This document shows positions 59,750 to 64,000 of a DNA stretch of 64,000 nucleotides, one piece after another. The notes under the pieces were generated by a model. It worked only from the letters and a program-made list of their open reading frames with translations, had not been told where the DNA came from and ran no database searches. The stretch's first letter is position 1. The number at the start of each line of letters is the position of its first letter. This stretch comes from Klebsormidium nitens (Eukaryota; Plantae; Klebsormidiophyceae): assembly GCA_000708835.1 (NCBI GenBank), contig DF237283.1:37332-101331 (forward strand), in the 5' to 3' direction. Position numbers and translations under genes: made by a program.

Positions 59750-62700
59750 TTACATGTGAAGTGTGAATTGGGATGCGCATGCGGCTTTGAGTTCTGTGGT
59801 GTGCGGTGAGCGGAGGCTACCATTACAGAAGAAAGAATCACTCGGAGCTGCATTGGGGTGTGTGTGAGGCCAGTGGGCGTAGGAGTGGCGCAGCGTCGTG
59901 CGTCAGAGGGTGTTCGGGAGTGCGCCTCCAGCAGAGCGCAGTCAGGAAGTGTGCGGGGCGGTAGACTCAGGAGCTTCTGGGTGGTCCCGGGAGTGAGTGG
60001 TGCGGAGCAGCGGTAGCGTGACGCGGCTCGAGTGAGGACCTAGGGTCGGGAGCAGGCAGTGGCCGTGTCCCAGGAGAACCGGTAGGGGTGCGGGTGGTGT
60101 AGCTCATAGCCTCGTCGGCGGTAACGGTGCCGTTTATGGGAGACGTGCTGCAGAGGTGTGCGGAGAGGCTCAGGCGGCTGGACCTTGCGTCACTAGAGGT
60201 GGCGCAGGACTTCATCCGGCGGTGGAACGAGTTCAGGTGGGACGACGAGATTTCCTGGCTGCCGGAGGAGAAGCTGTGGGTCAACTTTGTGGCCAACAAC
60301 CAGGCGGAGGCGGCGCTGTTTGAGGTGAAAGCGAACCCCCTGCATCACCGGCCGCACGTGAAGCCAGCGTGCCTCACGCCCTGCATCATATGTGACAAGG
60401 ACGAGCCGGAGCCGCCAAAGCCGGAGCCGGAGAGAGCGGAGAAAGGAGGAAAGGCATCGGACAGCTGGTGCGTGGGGTGGGTTGCGTAGGCAGAGGCGTG
60501 TAGGAAGAAGAAGGAGCAGGAAAAGGCGCAGCGCGAGGAGGAGGAGACCAGGCGGCGCATCCTCGAGGAGTCGGAAGAGCTCAAGCGCAGGGGTAACTGG
60601 TGGGCGAAGGAGGCGGCGAAGCACGAGGAGCTTAGCAAGCTTAGGCGTCACCGGGTGAAGCAAGAGAAGGAGGTGATCGAGTTAAGGAACAGCTTGCAGC
60701 GCGAGGTGGACCGGGACCCGAAGGTGGTTGAAGTGCTAGGGGAGGTGCAGGACTTCCTCCAGGAGTGGCACCGGTTGGAGGAGAAGCACCCGGACGTCCC
60801 GAGGGACAAGCTGTGGGCGAGCCACGTCGCCAACAACCCCACCGGCGCAGCGGGCGTCGGAAGGAAGGTCGTCCTTGAGGAGCACCTGCCGCACCTGGTG
60901 AACGGCTGCCTGACCCGCTGCCGGATCTGTGACCAGCACAAGCCCCTGGCTGAGCGCGTGTCCCAGTGGGAGAGCTCTCAGAAGCTGGTGCGGGATCACC
61001 TTGAGGCTCAGGAGCAGCAGGAGAGGGAGCGTGCGGCGGCGAAGCGCCAGGCCAAGACCGAGGCCAGGCAGGAGCGCAGGGCCCGGATTGAGAAGCAAGT
61101 GGCAGAAGCAAGGGCGGCCCAGCGTGCACAGGAGACGGGGAAGGCAAAGGAGGAGGAGCCGGAAGACCCGGTGCTGGCGGAGCTGCGCGAGCTGGACAGG
61201 CGGCTGCAGGCCTACCGGGAGGAGCAGGCGGCCAAGGAGGCGGACCCCAACCGTAGCATAGACGAGCTGGATTGAGGGAGAGGGGCGGTTTGATGCCAGT
61301 GGAGACGACGGGGCCAATTGCGGCGCGGTACTTGGCGGTAGTAGAAGCGGCTGAACCCAAGGAGGAAGGGGAGGAGGAGCTAGGGGAAGGAGCGGAGTTC
61401 CCAAGCGCGGTAGAGTGGGCAGTTGGTTGGTGGGAGGAAGAGCTCGGAGTCGTGGATGGCGTCGGGAGACGGAAAGTTGCGGTTCTCGGGCAAGAAGGGG
61501 GAAGGTCTTACGATCAAGCAGTTCGAGCTTATGGTAAAGGGGAGCCTAGAGGATCGGTTCAAGAAGTTGCAGAAGGATGTCGGGAAGCCTGTGGAGGGGC
61601 CGGAGTTCAGGGGCAGATATTGCATATACCTGGGTGAGTTCCTGGACAACCCAGCCAAGCTGGCGCACGAGCGAGAGTACGAGGACTGGTGCACAGAGAC
61701 GGAGCCGGTGGCGGCGCTCCTCAAGTCGTTGAAGCGCCACTTTGAGGACCACAAGGAAGGGAAGGCGCAGGAGTGGGTGTCGTTCAGAAGGGAGACCGGG
61801 GAGGAGCTCCCGTCGCTTCTGTTCCGCCTCCAGGGGCTGGCGGAGGACCTGGAGAAGCCAAAGGATGACCAGGAGCTGGTGACGAAGTTCATCACCAGCC
61901 TGGACCGGAGGCTGGCGGAACAGACCAGCTCCCAGGCGATGGCGTCCACCAAGCAGACCGGGGGGGCGTTCACGCTGGAGGAGGCCTACGAGGCAGCGCT
62001 CAGGATGCAGGCGATTAACACCCGCCTGCGCATCGCGCGAGAGCTGGTGCCCAGAACCGGGGACCCCTCAAGAGCCAGGTGGGGCGGCAGGACGGGGACG
62101 GCGCATGCGGCGGCGCACGTGGCGGTGGAGGCAGCGCCCGCACAGCTGGCGGCAGTGGGGCCGGCGGTAGTCTTGACGGGGGGCTCGGGGGCGTGTCACA
62201 ACTGCGGCGAGGTTGGGCATTACAAGAACACGTGCCCCTTTCCCCGTCGCAACAGCTCGGGCCGCAACCAGGTCCAGGGCCCCAGGGATGGGGGAAGGGG
62301 GCAGTCTCGGGCTTGTTTCGTGTGCGGTGAGCCAGACCACCTGGCGGCGTGGTGCCCCAAGAGGGCATGCCGGTGGTCCCCGCAGCGGCCGGGGTCAGCG
62401 TGGCAGGGTCGACAGGGCCCAGCTCGATCAGCGTCGCCGACTTCTAGGCGTTCCAGGAGTGGAGGGCGATGTCACAGGCAGCGGCGGCGGTTCAGGCAGG
62501 GCCCGGGGACGGGGACGAGACGGAGTGGGACGACGCAGAGTACAAGCTTGGGGCAGTGGCGCTGCCGTGCGGGGGCCCTGACAGCGGTGAGCTCCCCCTG
62601 GCAGCGGCGGGGACAAGAGCGGGCGCGTAGAAGGCGAAGGCAACAAGGGCAGCGCAAGTCAAGGGTGGTGTGGCCAAACCCCCCCTGGGAAAGGGGGTGG

Positions 62701-63930
62701 TGTTCTCAAGCAAGGCCGGGGAGGAGACGGCGGCCGGAGCGGTGGGCACAGCGAGGATAGCCCCCCCAGTTGACCTGGCGGCGGTTAACGCCCTCAAGGA
62801 GCGGCGCGATAAGGCTGCTGCAAAGGAGCGTCTGGCCAAGCTCCCCGATCATGGGAGGCACGTCGCGCCGCAGGGGCTCAACCGCCTCCCGAAGGGTTTC
62901 AAGGCCGGCGCCGGCGGAACGTCGCCCCAGGAGAGGGATTCACAGGCGCGCCCCGGTGAGTTGGGGGCAACGGGTAGCAGGGCGGTAGAGCGCAGTACGC
63001 CTCCAGCTGCGATCATGAGCCCCGCAGACCCCGCGGTGGTGTTGGGCGAAAGCCGGGCAGCTGCGGGAGCAGGCGGGTTGGTCAGTGGGTTTCTGCAGGT
63101 GGAGGTTGGGGTGCTGCTGGAGCTCGCCAGACGGGCGGGTCTGGGCCTCACTGAAATCATTCAGCTGACGGGCGGGAACCTGACGGCGGCGTTGCCTCCT
63201 GCAGGCACGCAGGCGGTGGCGGCGAGTTCTGCAGTACAAGAAGCACCCGCGGCGGTCCCAAGGGGCCTGTCCCCGGTCGCGGTCAAGGCGCTGCTGGCAA
63301 GGGAGCGCACCCAGCCCAGGGCCGGGCCGGTGGTGACAGTTCCCTGGGCTACGGTGGTGGCGGACCGCGGGCCCGGCGCCGGGTTCCAGCAGGGCGGAGA
63401 CGTTGCGGAGACCTCGGCGGCAGGCGCAGCTAGGTCAGCGCTGCCCCCACAGAAGGAAACAGATGAGGAGTTGGCATGGCAGCTCGCGCAGTTGGAGGAG
63501 CAGGAGGCAGAAGAGCGACAGGAGGAGCTGGTCATGGCCACGAGTCGGGATGCGGAGATGGCCATGGAGTTGGTGGCGAGGGAAGCGGTTGAGAAAGGGG
63601 TGGAGCGAGAGGTGGCGGTGGCAGCTCAGACATTTGGGGAGGACTCGCCAACTGACGCGCCGGCGGGTGTGGTTGCAGGAAAGGGCAAGGCCAGGGAGGG
63701 GCAGGAGAGCGGTCTCAGGGGCGATCTGGAGCGGGGACTGGAGTGGGAGAAAAAGATCGGCGCGGGCAGCTGGCGCGGGGCTGAGCAGGTGGCCGCAGTA
63801 ACCCTGCAGGCTGCTAACGCAGCGGGCGCCCAGATGATGAGTGAGGCGTACGCTCATACGCATGCGTTGGCGTGCTTCGCTGATGGGCGCCCGCTGGTCA
63901 GCCCTGCGCAGAGGGGAGCGGTGGACGGAA
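59750..63930 (+). mobile_element. Decayed retrotransposon (probably Ty3/Gypsy-like): extra ORF plus gag; pol not in window; boundaries approximate
   Basis: Intronless G-rich block with two CCHC knuckles (CHNCGEVGHYKNTCP, CFVCGEPDHLAAWCP) and gag-like RFSG..LLFRLQGL. It carries nonsense and frameshift lesions. No LTR pair or PBS could be confirmed. Confidence 0.75.
60136..61275 (+). pseudogene. Retroelement accessory ORF with a duplicated His/Cys domain, interrupted by TAG 60487-60489
   Basis: ORFs 60127..60489 and 60655..61275 share one frame, and the sequence between them is open (AEACRKKKEQEKAQREEEETRRRI...). Confidence 0.75.
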
Positions 63931-63935
63931 TGTGA
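61456..63935 (+). pseudogene. gag: gag with two zinc knuckles; frameshift near 62365 and TAG stops at 62445 and 62628
   Basis: After WCPKR, protein-like sequence continues in the frame of ORF 62670..63935 (MPVVPAAAG..ADF*AFQEWRAM..RAGA*KAKA). Restoring one G in aagagggcatg joins the two frames. Confidence 0.8.
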
Positions 63936-64000
63936 CGATTCGAGTCTATGAATCTTCATATCGAACTCGTCCCAGTATATTGTCCGCGCGCGTATGGTGT

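Noticed and set aside
59740-60125. LTR start (tgttaca near 59748) and PBS (tggtgtagctca near 60097)
   Set aside because: No second LTR in the window and no convincing complement to a tRNA 3' end.
62350-62370. Programmed -1 ribosomal frameshift in gag
   Set aside because: No XXXYYYZ slippery heptamer, and the shifted frame has two TAGs. A one-G loss in a G run explains it.

Overview
Eukaryotic, intron-rich nuclear DNA. GC-rich exons, 200-1500 nt introns and the gene content suggest a streptophyte green alga such as Klebsormidium (inference). Eight genes can be built from splice sites and reading-frame phase: a 5'-partial MBD9-like WHIM chromatin protein with nine G-E-N-Q-Y-T-K repeats; a plastid-type SAM methyltransferase with an in-frame TAA; a DUF4419 gene broken by a ~99-bp micro-inversion; an intronless WW-domain membrane protein; an atypical E2F (DEL); a Cys-rich single-pass membrane protein; an intact 22-exon KCBP kinesin; and a GATA-finger + RING protein. 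The window ends in a decayed gag-bearing retrotransposon whose extra upstream ORF has a duplicated His/Cys domain. The most striking pattern is 'exon echoes': many KCBP introns contain serial, decaying copies of the adjacent exon end, often with the splice site.
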